From: Candidatus Uhrbacteria bacterium | GTDB taxonomy: Bacteria; Patescibacteriota; Patescibacteriia; JACPHY01 | DNA: 64,000 nucleotides | Direction of reading: 5' to 3' | NCBI GenBank assembly: GCA_016188355.1 | Contig: JACPHY010000001.1 | Location: forward strand, 38,125 to 102,124 | Part shown: piece after piece, positions 54,514 to 63,384 of the stretch | How the letters are laid out: each line of letters opens with the position of its first letter | Numbering within the stretch: the first letter of the stretch is position 1 | Made by a program: the position numbers and the translations under genes | Notes under the pieces: generated by a model | Databases searched by the model: none | The model's input: the letters and a program-made list of their open reading frames with translations, nothing else | What the model was told of the DNA's origin: nothing

Positions 54514-56349
54514 ATGGATGGAGCCCCGATTCGTAATTTCTGCATCATTGCGCATATTGATCACGGGAAATCGACCCTCGCGGATCGCATGCTCGAGTAC
54601 ACCGGAACGATCGCGCGGCGCGAGTTGCGGGAGCAGACGCTCGATCAGATGGATCTCGAACGTGAGCGGGGGATTACCATCAAACTTGCTCCCGTGCGCA
54701 TGCGATGGCGCGATCACGTGCTCCATTTGATCGATACGCCGGGACATGTCGATTTTACGTACGAAGTATCGCGATCCCTCGCTGCGGTGGAGGGAGCAAT
54801 TTTGTTGGTGGACGCGACGCAGGGCGTGCAGGCGCAGACCATTGCGAATTTGTACCTCGCGTTGGGGCAGGACTGCACGATTATTCCGGTCGTCAATAAA
54901 GTGGATCTGCCGAACGCGGACGTGGATCGCACGATTCAGGAATTGGTTGCGCTTTTGGGATGCGCTCCGAGTGCGGTGCTTCGGGTGTCCGGGAAAACTG
55001 GGCAAGGTGTCCCCGAGTTACTGGATGCCGTGTTGGCACGCGTGCCGCCTCCGCGCGCCATGACGATGCCGGTGGCACCGCGCGCATCAGCGCTTCCCTT
55101 GCGTGCGTTGATTTTTGATTCGATCTACGACGACTATCGCGGTGTCGTCGCGTACGTACGCGTCATGGATGGGGAGGCGCGACGTGGGGATCGGTTGCAG
55201 CTCATGGCGACGCGAGCGGCGATCGAGGCGTTGGAGGTGGGAACGTTTTCGCCAAAATTGGTTCCCGTGGCGGAGTTGACGGTAGGCACCATCGGATACA
55301 TTGTGACCGGACTCAAGGATATCCGTTTGGTGCGCGTCGGTGACACGATTACGAGCGCCGCGCGCCCGGCGGAGCAACCGGTTGCGGGGTATGCCGAAGT
55401 GATGCCCATGGTGTATGCGGGAGTATTCCCGAAACGAGCAGATGACACTGCTGCGTTGCGTGAGGGTATTGAGCGGTTGCAGTTGAATGATGCGGCGTTG
55501 ACGTTTGAGCCGGAGCGCTCCTCTGCGCTCGGCGTTGGTTTCCGCTGCGGATTTTTGGGTTTGCTGCACCTCGACGTCGTGCGAGAACGCATTCTCCGGG
55601 AGGCGCGCATCGAAACGATTATCACCGTGCCGAGTGTCGCGTATGTGGTGTATCGAACCACCGCAGCACAATCGATCGTTATCCGTGCGCCGCAGGAGCT
55701 TCCAGATCCTTCCCAGATTCTCCGCATCGAGGAGCCATGGGTGCGGATGGATATCGTGACGCCCGAAGCGTTTGTGGGGGGGCTGATGCAGCTCTGCCAA
55801 GAGCGTCGCGGGGTGTATCAAACCACGGAGTATCTCGGTGCATCTGGAGCGCAGGGAGCAACGGACGGACGGCGGGTAATCCTCCAGTATGAGCTTCCCC
55901 TTGCCGCTATTCTGGTCGATTTTTATGATCGGCTGAAGAGTATTTCACAGGGATACGCTTCCATGAACTACGAGCGTATTGGATATCGTCCCGCAACGGT
56001 CCGTCGGCTCGATATCCTGGTGGCGGGCGAGCAGGTGGAGGCATTGAGTAGTATTGTGTATGAGGATGAGGCGGCAGTCGTGGGGCGCCGCATGACCGAG
56101 CGATTACGGGATTCCATCCCGCGTCAGCAGTTCGAGATACGTATTCAGGCGGCATTGGGGGGGAAGGTGGTCGCGGCGGAGCGGATTGCGCCGCTGCGGA
56201 AAGATGTGCTTGCGAAGATGTCCGGTGGCGACGTGACGCGTAAAATGAAGCTCCTCCAGAAGCAGCGCAAAGGGAAACAGCAGATGCGGTCGGGTGGCCA
56301 CGTCGATCTTCCGCCGGAAGCCTATCTCGCGGTGTTGAAGCGTGCGTAG
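54514..56349 (+). CDS. lepA: Elongation factor 4 (LepA)
   Basis: NFCIIAHIDHGKSTLADR, DTPGHVDF, NKVDLP. LepA-specific C-terminal domain. Confidence 0.93.
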   Translation: MDGAPIRNFCIIAHIDHGKSTLADRMLEYTGTIARRELREQTLDQMDLERERGITIKLAPVRMRWRDHVLHLIDTPGHVDFTYEVSRSLAAVEGAILLVDATQGVQAQTIANLYLALGQDCTIIPVVNKVDLPNADVDRTIQELVALLGCAPSAVLRVSGKTGQGVPELLDAVLARVPPPRAMTMPVAPRASALPLRALIFDSIYDDYRGVVAYVRVMDGEARRGDRLQLMATRAAIEALEVGTFSPKLVPVAELTVGTIGYIVTGLKDIRLVRVGDTITSAARPAEQPVAGYAEVMPMVYAGVFPKRADDTAALREGIERLQLNDAALTFEPERSSALGVGFRCGFLGLLHLDVVRERILREARIETIITVPSVAYVVYRTTAAQSIVIRAPQELPDPSQILRIEEPWVRMDIVTPEAFVGGLMQLCQERRGVYQTTEYLGASGAQGATDGRRVILQYELPLAAILVDFYDRLKSISQGYASMNYERIGYRPATVRRLDILVAGEQVEALSSIVYEDEAAVVGRRMTERLRDSIPRQQFEIRIQAALGGKVVAAERIAPLRKDVLAKMSGGDVTRKMKLLQKQRKGKQQMRSGGHVDLPPEAYLAVLKRA

Positions 56350-56380
56350 GGGGTAACGTGATATCCTGGAAGCAGAGCTT

Positions 56381-56479
56381 ATGCAGCGAGCGCGTACGAT
56401 ACGAGTATTGTGGGCAATGCTCAGCATGATCGTGATTCTGAGCATGCTTGCGTTCACGTTGGGCTTGGGGTTGGGGTAA
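56381..56479 (+). CDS. Possible 32-aa single-TM micro-protein (MQRARTIRVLWAMLSMIVILSMLAFTLGLGLG)
   Basis: ATG-initiated ORF entirely in the lepA / surface-protein intergenic region; basic N-terminus plus one hydrophobic helix. No homology evidence available. Confidence 0.25.
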   Translation: MQRARTIRVLWAMLSMIVILSMLAFTLGLGLG

Positions 56480-56497
56480 CGAGTGCGGACTATTGAT

Positions 56498-57565
56498 ATG
56501 TTGCGTCCGTGGATGCGGGGGGCGCTCGTGGGGATGGTGCTCGTCATGCTTCCGGTATCCGTCCATGCGGCGACGTACGACGTCGCCATCCTGCCGTCCG
56601 ATGTCATATTGGATCCGGCGGTCTTTTTTGTGGGGGACGCGGTGCGGGTGTATGCGCGGGTGAAGAATGTGGGCGATCGGGATGTGCAGGGTAATGTCTT
56701 TTTTTCCGAAAATGGTACAGGGATCGGTACGCCGCCGTTTTCTGTTCGTGCGCACGGCGCGGAAGAGGAGGTGTGGGTTGATTGGCAGCCGGCGACGGTG
56801 GGGGATCGGCAAATATTTTTACGGGTGGTCACGGCACCCGAGACGCGCGATGGTGACCTTTCGAATAACGAGATGATTGTCCCGGTATTCGTGGACCGCG
56901 ATACTGATGGGGATCGGAGCGGTGATCGCGTGGATGCGGACGATGATAATGACGGTCTGCCGGATGATTGGGAAACGGCGCATGGTCTCAATCCCCGCGA
57001 TGCGGCAGATGCGAAGCAGGATCCGGATGCCGACGGTACGGTCACGGTGGAGGAGTATCGTGCGGGCACAGATCCATTCAAGGCGCCTCCCCCTCCTCCG
57101 GTGCCCGCCGCAGCGCCTCGTGCGCCGGTTCCTGCTCCAGCGTCGAGTCCTGCGCCGTCTCCTGTGGCATTGCCCGCTCGGGAGCAGCGTCCCGCGCCAG
57201 TATCTCCGCAGCGTCCCGCTCCTCCTGCATCGCAGCCAGTGAAGCGAGCGGGAGTGTCATCCGGTGCGCCTAAAGCCCCGCTCCGTGCGCCGTCACCCGC
57301 AGCGGATGTCGTCCCTCCGTCTGCGGTGCCAGCTCCGGATGCTGCATCCTCGGCGGTGTCTCCGTCCATTCCTCCGAGTGCCATCGCCTCACCGGAGACC
57401 CGCGATGCCATCGAAATGGTACGCGCGCCGATCGCGGCGCAATTGGAGTCGTTGTTGGGGAAACCGATGCGGGTGCGGAATATATTCCCCATAGCCATGG
57501 GCGGGGTGTCTTTAGCGGCATTGGTGAGCGCAATTTGGGTGTTTCGTCGTGCGCGTCGATCGTAA
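56498..57565 (+). CDS. Surface protein: signal peptide, CARDB-like N-domain, thrombospondin type-3-like Asp-rich repeats (DxDxDGxxDxxD), Pro/Ala-rich linker, C-terminal TM anchor. GTG 56483 is an alternative start.
   Basis: DRDTDGDRSGDRVDADDDNDGLPDDWE...DPDADGTVTVEEY. C-terminal IFPIAMGGVSLAALVSAIWVFRRARRS. Confidence 0.55.
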   Translation: MLRPWMRGALVGMVLVMLPVSVHAATYDVAILPSDVILDPAVFFVGDAVRVYARVKNVGDRDVQGNVFFSENGTGIGTPPFSVRAHGAEEEVWVDWQPATVGDRQIFLRVVTAPETRDGDLSNNEMIVPVFVDRDTDGDRSGDRVDADDDNDGLPDDWETAHGLNPRDAADAKQDPDADGTVTVEEYRAGTDPFKAPPPPPVPAAAPRAPVPAPASSPAPSPVALPAREQRPAPVSPQRPAPPASQPVKRAGVSSGAPKAPLRAPSPAADVVPPSAVPAPDAASSAVSPSIPPSAIASPETRDAIEMVRAPIAAQLESLLGKPMRVRNIFPIAMGGVSLAALVSAIWVFRRARRS

Positions 57566-57577
57566 GGATGACGTGGT

Positions 57578-59371
57578 ATGCCGTTGCCGGAAATCAATAC
57601 AACCGTGACCACTTCCGCTCGCCTGTGCGAGCGGAAGTGGCGGTTTGCAGAAGAGGCGCCTCCGGAATTTCTCGCGACGGCACAGGGGATGCCGGCCCCC
57701 CTCGCGCATCTTTGCTATCAGCGCGGATTGCGCACATGGGAATCGGTGCAAGAGTTTCTCCATCCTGACTACGCGACGCATCTCCATGACCCGTGGAGCT
57801 TCCGTCACATGGAGCGTGTGGTGGATCGTATTTGGTTTGCTCGGGAACGCGGGGAGCATATCTTGGTACACGGAGATTATGATGCGGACGGGGTGAGTGG
57901 TGCGGCGATGCTCTCCGAGACGCTCGAGGCGCTGGGATGTACCACGGACGTGTTCATTCCGCATCGCGAGCGTGACGGCTACGGGTTTACCGCTGCCGCG
58001 CTCGCCTATGCTCGGGAACGAGATATCCGCGTGATCGTCACCTGCGATTGCGGGATTGCTAATGCGGCGACGATCGCAACGGCGCAGGAACGTGGCATCG
58101 ACGTGGTGGTGACGGATCATCACTGCATACCTACCGATGCTACCGGTGCAGCGGTACTCCCGCCGGCATACGCCATCCTGCATCCCGGAGTTCCCGGAGA
58201 AACATATCCATTCCCCCATCTCACCGGCGGCGGTGTCGCATTTAAGCTCTGCGTGGCGCTCGTCCAGCGCGACCGCGCATCGGCTGCGCCTCGTCTGCCG
58301 CGCGGGTTTGAAAAATGGCTGCTCGATTGCGTCGCGATTGCTACGGTGGCGGATCTCGGAGTGCTGATGGGTGAAAATCGAGTACTCGTGCGATATGGAC
58401 TGACCGTGCTCGAGAAAACGCGGCGTCCCGGTCTGCGCGCGCTCTACGATCTCGCGCGCATCACGCCGGAGCGCATCACGCCAACGACCATTGGCTTCCA
58501 GATCGCACCGCGCATGAATGCGGCGGGACGTCTCGCCCATGCGCGTACCGCGTGGGAGCTGTTGCGCGCGACGGAGGCACCGCATGCGCGTGTGTTGGCG
58601 GAGCAGTTGGAGACGTGGAATACGGAGCGCCAACGGCTGGTGGAAGATGCGGCGCGGGAAGCCATTGCGCAGGTCGGTGATCGCGGCGCGCGTCGATCGG
58701 TGGTGGCGGTGGGTGCGGAGTGGTCTCCCGGTATTGTGGGCCTGGTGGCGACGCGTTTGCGGGAACAGTACGCGTGTCCTGCGTTTGCGCTCACCACAGC
58801 GGGGGAGAAGATTGTGGGATCCGGTCGGAGCGTGGAGGGATTTGATATTGTGGAAGCGCTGCGAGCGGCGTCCGATACGCTGGCGGCGTTTGGTGGCCAT
58901 CCGCAAGCATGCGGATTCACGGTCAAGAGCGCAGCGGACATCGCGGTATTCACGGAACGTGTGGATGCATATGCACAACTGCATTGTACGGAAGAGCAGT
59001 TGGTGCCGACGCTGCGGGTAGATCTCGTGCTCGAGTTTGCTGCGCTTTCGTGGGAGTTTGCGGAGCAATTAGCGCAGCTCGGGCCGTTTGGCGTTGGCCA
59101 CCCGGCACCGCTCTTTTGTTTTCGTGCGGTGCGCATCGAGGCGGTTCGGGCGATGGGTGCTTCCGGGCGGCATGCGCGCCTCGGTATGCGCGAGGTACGG
59201 TCCGGCATGGTGCGATCGGTAGTGGTATTCTCGTATATGGATCGTTTCCCGCATCTCGTTCCGGGCATGGTTGTGGATCTTGTGGCTGAAGTGGAGCCGC
59301 GCGAATGGAATGGCCAGCGTGAGGTACAGGTACGCGCCGTGGACATGCGAGTCACGGCAGAACATATATGA
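57578..59371 (+). CDS. recJ: Single-stranded-DNA-specific exonuclease RecJ
   Basis: DHH motifs HGDYDADGVSG, DCGI, TDHH. DHHA1 domain GGHPQACG. OB-fold C-terminus. Confidence 0.88.
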   Translation: MPLPEINTTVTTSARLCERKWRFAEEAPPEFLATAQGMPAPLAHLCYQRGLRTWESVQEFLHPDYATHLHDPWSFRHMERVVDRIWFARERGEHILVHGDYDADGVSGAAMLSETLEALGCTTDVFIPHRERDGYGFTAAALAYARERDIRVIVTCDCGIANAATIATAQERGIDVVVTDHHCIPTDATGAAVLPPAYAILHPGVPGETYPFPHLTGGGVAFKLCVALVQRDRASAAPRLPRGFEKWLLDCVAIATVADLGVLMGENRVLVRYGLTVLEKTRRPGLRALYDLARITPERITPTTIGFQIAPRMNAAGRLAHARTAWELLRATEAPHARVLAEQLETWNTERQRLVEDAAREAIAQVGDRGARRSVVAVGAEWSPGIVGLVATRLREQYACPAFALTTAGEKIVGSGRSVEGFDIVEALRAASDTLAAFGGHPQACGFTVKSAADIAVFTERVDAYAQLHCTEEQLVPTLRVDLVLEFAALSWEFAEQLAQLGPFGVGHPAPLFCFRAVRIEAVRAMGASGRHARLGMREVRSGMVRSVVVFSYMDRFPHLVPGMVVDLVAEVEPREWNGQREVQVRAVDMRVTAEHI

Positions 59372-59531
59372 GACCTCTGCAAAAATCCAGATTCGCGCCA
59401 GGAACGCGCTGTTCGGCTGCGCTGCGTTCCTCGACCGCTCACGAGATCCGCTGGATATCGCTCGGGTCTGCGTCGCGCAGCTCGCTCGCACATCACGTCC
59501 CTGGCGCGAAAGCGATTTTTGTAGAGGTCTC
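59370..59531 (+). mobile_element. Second full-length 162-bp MITE-like element. Left end overlaps the recJ stop codon (TGA); right end stops 2 nt before the rnhA ATG and provides its SD.
   Basis: ~93% identity to 12677-12838, with the same terminal inverted repeats. Confidence 0.75.
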
Positions 59532-59533
59532 CT

Positions 59534-59989
59534 ATGAAACTTCAGGTGTCGACGGATGGTGGGGCGCGCGGTAATCCCGGACCTGCGGCATTGGGATTCG
59601 TGATCCGTGATGCCGCTGGGCGCACGATTGAAGCGGTGGGGGAGTACCTCGGGGAAATGACGAATAATCAGGCCGAGTATCGGGCAATGGTCGCTGCGCT
59701 CACCCGTGCGCGAGAATTGGGGGCGACCGACGTGGAAGCGCTGGCGGATTCGGAGCTGCTCGTGAAACAGCTCAATCGGCAATATCGGGTCAAAAATGCG
59801 GGGCTTGCGCCCCTGTTTCTTGCGGTGTGGAATTTGGCACAATCGTTTCGATCCTGCACCTTTCGGCATATTCGTCGAGAGCAGAATCGCGCGGCAGATC
59901 GTATGGTGAATCTTGCCATTGATCAACGGGGTGTCGTGCGAGAACGGTCGACGGATGCGCAGGACGCTTCCGGTGATGTGTTGCACTGA
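59534..59989 (+). CDS. rnhA: Ribonuclease HI
   Basis: VSTDGGARGNPGPAALGFVI...TNNQAEYRAMVAAL...EALADSELLVKQL... (DEDD residues in RNase H fold order). Confidence 0.8.
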   Translation: MKLQVSTDGGARGNPGPAALGFVIRDAAGRTIEAVGEYLGEMTNNQAEYRAMVAALTRARELGATDVEALADSELLVKQLNRQYRVKNAGLAPLFLAVWNLAQSFRSCTFRHIRREQNRAADRMVNLAIDQRGVVRERSTDAQDASGDVLH

Positions 59990-60061
59990 CGGGTGTGGCG
60001 ACGCGGTGATGGTTTTCCCCCGAAGCCCTTCGAGATTCGTGGTACATTGGAGAAAACCGTT

Positions 60062-62197
60062 ATGCGGCTACGGGTTCGGGTGGTCGTGGGCGCGTGCATG
60101 ATGACGGCAGTGGCGGTGCTCCTGCCGCGTTTTGTATTTGCGGGAGCCCAAGAGAATGCAACGGGATGGGCGTGGAGTGCGGCGGCGGGATGGATTTCCA
60201 TGAACTCCACGAACTGCACGACACTCAACGCACAGCAGGCGAGCGACCCTCCCTGTGGTGCCGGATACTCGTATGGCGTCCATGTGTCGGATACCGGGTA
60301 TCTCACGGGACATGCGTGGTCGCGGACCTTGGGATGGATTTGTGTGGGTGCTTCGTGTACGGGGACCGCAGGAGCGGTGCCGGCGGGAGGATGGCGCGCT
60401 CGTGCGAATGCGCTGACCGGTGAGGTGGTGGGGTGGGCAAAGATATTGTCCTCCGGGGATTCCGGGTGGATTTCGTTTTCTTGTGAAAATACGCGCACCT
60501 GTGGGACGGTGGCCTATCGGACGACGCTCGATGTCGCTATGGGACAGTTCTCTGGTCACGCGTGGAATGGAGCGCGTTCGACCACAGGAACGGAGTTGCC
60601 AGCGATTGGATGGATTGCGTGGCGGCCATCGTACGGTGGAGTATCGACCACATGGCATCCAGAACCGCGATGCTCGGAAACGGGACGTGCGTGCCGCACG
60701 AATTTCGAGTGTGAATTGCCGGGCGAGTTGTGCTGTTTGGGTGGTGCGCCCTGCGGCAGGTGTGGTGGTGCGGGAGCGGAATGTGGTTTGAGCGCAACCT
60801 GTAATGCGGGAACCATCTGCTGTTTACCGGGGATTGCGTGCGGGCGTTGCGTGGCCGACGGAAACACGTGTGGGAACAACGCGGAATGCACAGGTGGTGG
60901 ACGAGATTCCTGCTGTCCGCCGGGCGCGCTATGCACGCGCGACATCGACGCTCGTGGCGGAGGCGCGTCGGGTGGTGGCGTTCCGCTGTCTGCGGTGGGG
61001 TTCTGTTCCGGGACTGGAACGGGGTGCGTGGATGATGCGCAGTGTCCCGCGGGGGTGGCGTGCGTATTTGACCGGGGTATGTGTACCCAGCAGGAAGCGA
61101 GTCAGTGCACGTTGGGATCCGCGTGTGCTGGCGAGGGATCTTCCTGTGATGCCGATATTGGACTTTGCGATCGGAACGATGCGAACGGAAATACGATTCC
61201 TTGTTTGAGTGATGGGTGGTGCGCGTCTATGGTGGGCGCAGGTGCAGAATGTCGGAAAATCGTCGGGAAGTGCACCAATGGAGAGGAGCGGCTCTGTGTG
61301 GATGATCGGAACTGTACGCGCGAGAGCAGTCGTTGTGGTCAGCTGTACCTTCCGTGGGTGCAGACGCAATTCGGAACGGTATACAGCGCGGGTCGAGTGG
61401 GGAGCGTACGGACGCCGCCGCCGCCCGCGGGGCAGTACAATGCGACCTACTGTGTGCTTTCCGGTGGTACGATCGTGAATTTTTTGAGCGCGGAGGGGTG
61501 TGGCGCAGCGTCACAATCGTCCTACGGGCAACTTGCATTGCCGAAGCATCCCGATTATGTGGGTACGCTCGCGCGTTTGGATGTGGACGGCATTCGATCT
61601 GGTCGGTATGGCGCCCCACAGGAGTTGCCGGTGACGCATTCGGGACAGCAGCTATCGCCGTGGACTGGTACGGTGACACTGCGAGGAGCGGTGTATCTCG
61701 TCGAAGGTCGGGATGTGGAAATCGGTGATCAGGGGCTGGTGATGCAGAATGCGGTGGGGGATCAGAGTGGCGCGGGAACCGTGATCATCCGCGGCGGAAA
61801 TCTCCGCGTGCATGGGAATATCTCCTACCCTGTTGCCGATCGTGCACCCACCAACATCCGCCATCTTGCATCTCCGGGTTGGTTGGTGCTGCGCGATGCG
61901 AATGGTCGTGGCGGCGACATCATTATCGATCCCCCCGTCTCCCAATTGGTGGGCGCATTTTATGCGGAAGGAGAGATACGTACGGGATCTACCGGTCGCG
62001 CAGCGACCGATGTGCCGCTTGCGGTTCGGGGTGTGCTGATTGCTCGGCGATTGCTTTTCGAGCGACTGCGATCACGCGGTGGACAGCCCGCTGAACAGGT
62101 GACTGCAGATGGCCGTGTGCTCGCAAATCCGCCACCGGGATTCGGTGACCTCGCGCGTTCGTTGCCGCAGGTACGTGTGGTCGCACCAAATCCGTGA
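60062..62197 (+). CDS. Secreted Cys-rich protein: signal peptide, four GxAWSxxxGWI(x)F-type repeats, a ~230-aa Cys-rich (35+ Cys) central region, and a C-terminal beta-helix-like domain. ORF open from 59993.
   Basis: MRLRVRVVVGACMMTAVAVLLPRFVFA signal. Repeats GWAWSAAAGWISMNS, GHAWSRTLGWICVG, GWAKILSSGDSGWISFSC, GHAWNGAR...GWIAWRPS. Immediately upstream of pilM. Confidence 0.55.
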   Translation: MRLRVRVVVGACMMTAVAVLLPRFVFAGAQENATGWAWSAAAGWISMNSTNCTTLNAQQASDPPCGAGYSYGVHVSDTGYLTGHAWSRTLGWICVGASCTGTAGAVPAGGWRARANALTGEVVGWAKILSSGDSGWISFSCENTRTCGTVAYRTTLDVAMGQFSGHAWNGARSTTGTELPAIGWIAWRPSYGGVSTTWHPEPRCSETGRACRTNFECELPGELCCLGGAPCGRCGGAGAECGLSATCNAGTICCLPGIACGRCVADGNTCGNNAECTGGGRDSCCPPGALCTRDIDARGGGASGGGVPLSAVGFCSGTGTGCVDDAQCPAGVACVFDRGMCTQQEASQCTLGSACAGEGSSCDADIGLCDRNDANGNTIPCLSDGWCASMVGAGAECRKIVGKCTNGEERLCVDDRNCTRESSRCGQLYLPWVQTQFGTVYSAGRVGSVRTPPPPAGQYNATYCVLSGGTIVNFLSAEGCGAASQSSYGQLALPKHPDYVGTLARLDVDGIRSGRYGAPQELPVTHSGQQLSPWTGTVTLRGAVYLVEGRDVEIGDQGLVMQNAVGDQSGAGTVIIRGGNLRVHGNISYPVADRAPTNIRHLASPGWLVLRDANGRGGDIIIDPPVSQLVGAFYAEGEIRTGSTGRAATDVPLAVRGVLIARRLLFERLRSRGGQPAEQVTADGRVLANPPPGFGDLARSLPQVRVVAPNP

Positions 62198-62287
62198 GGC
62201 GGTGCTTGTTCGTGCGAGGGAATTTTGTCCGTCCATGGTACGATGGATGTGGATAATGATCCGCCACAAATCGAGTGAGGCTTCTGT

Positions 62288-63364
62288 ATGGGTTTTTTTT
62301 CACGAAAACCGGAGAACTATCTTGGGGTCGATATTGGCGCAGGGGGCATCAAGGTGGTGGAGCTGCGCAGTGATAAACACCGCGCGCGATTATCGACGTA
62401 CGGTTTTGCGGATGTGGTGACGGCCACGGAGAATCCCGCATCTAATTTGAGCGGAGATTTGGGGGAGACGTCCGCCATTCTCCGGGAGATTCACGCGCGT
62501 GCACATGGGGAGGCGACCCGAGCGGTGGCAAGTCTCCCGATTGCGGCAGTATTCAGTTCGATCATTTCGCTGCCGCGCATGGGTAAAAAAGAGCTGCCCG
62601 CAGCGGTTGCTTGGGAGGCAAAGAAGATCGTGCCACTACCGATCGAGGACATGATTTTGGATTGGAAGTTGCTCACGCCGGAGTCCGAGCTGACGAAGAA
62701 AGACGGTGCGAGTACTATCCGCGTCCTGCTCACTGGTGCCGCGAAATCGCTCGTCGGACAATACCTGACCGTATTCAAGCAAGCGAAATTGGAGCTCGTG
62801 AGTCTCGAGACCGAGGCATTCGCATTGATTCGATCTCTCGTGGGTGATGATCCCTCCGTAGTATTAATTTTGGATATTGGCGCTGCACGAACCTCCATGG
62901 TGGTGGTGGATGATGGGGTGCCGGTGCTGAGTCGAGGAGTGGATGTGGGCGGGAACCACATCACGGCAGCTATCGCGAATGCGCTCGGAACGAGCGCGGA
63001 TGATGCGGAGCAGGTCAAGCTCGATCTCGCGGTAGCGGCTATCGGAAATCCCGCGGCGGCGGCGCTTCCCGCCATCCTCGCGAATGCCGTTGCCCCGGTG
63101 GTGCAGGAGGTGCGGTACGGCATGAATCTCTACCTTTCCCAGGAGAGCGCTCGAGGTCGGGTGGTGGAAAAAATCATCCTTGCGGGGGGAAGCGCGCTGC
63201 TCCCGGGCATCACGGAGATTTTTGCGCAAGCGCTTGATCTCCGGGTGTTTGTGGGGGATCCTTGGGCACGCGTGATTTATCCGGTGGATCTCCGCCCCAC
63301 GCTGGATGCGATTGGTCCGCGATTTGCGGTGTCGGTGGGTCTTGCGATGCGGGAGATCCATTGA
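62288..63364 (+). CDS. pilM: Type IV pilus assembly ATPase-like protein PilM
   Basis: LGVDIGAGGIKVVEL (actin-like phosphate-1). ILDIGAARTS. IILAGGSALLPGI. Typical ~355 aa. Confidence 0.8.
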   Translation: MGFFSRKPENYLGVDIGAGGIKVVELRSDKHRARLSTYGFADVVTATENPASNLSGDLGETSAILREIHARAHGEATRAVASLPIAAVFSSIISLPRMGKKELPAAVAWEAKKIVPLPIEDMILDWKLLTPESELTKKDGASTIRVLLTGAAKSLVGQYLTVFKQAKLELVSLETEAFALIRSLVGDDPSVVLILDIGAARTSMVVVDDGVPVLSRGVDVGGNHITAAIANALGTSADDAEQVKLDLAVAAIGNPAAAALPAILANAVAPVVQEVRYGMNLYLSQESARGRVVEKIILAGGSALLPGITEIFAQALDLRVFVGDPWARVIYPVDLRPTLDAIGPRFAVSVGLAMREIH

Positions 63365-63384
63365 TGGTCTTTCTGGATACCGCA

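Noticed and set aside
12677-59531. CRISPR array hypothesis for the repeated 162/62/34-bp elements
   Set aside because: Copies are dispersed (~11-47 kb apart), much longer than CRISPR repeats, not separated by regular short spacers, and no cas genes are present.
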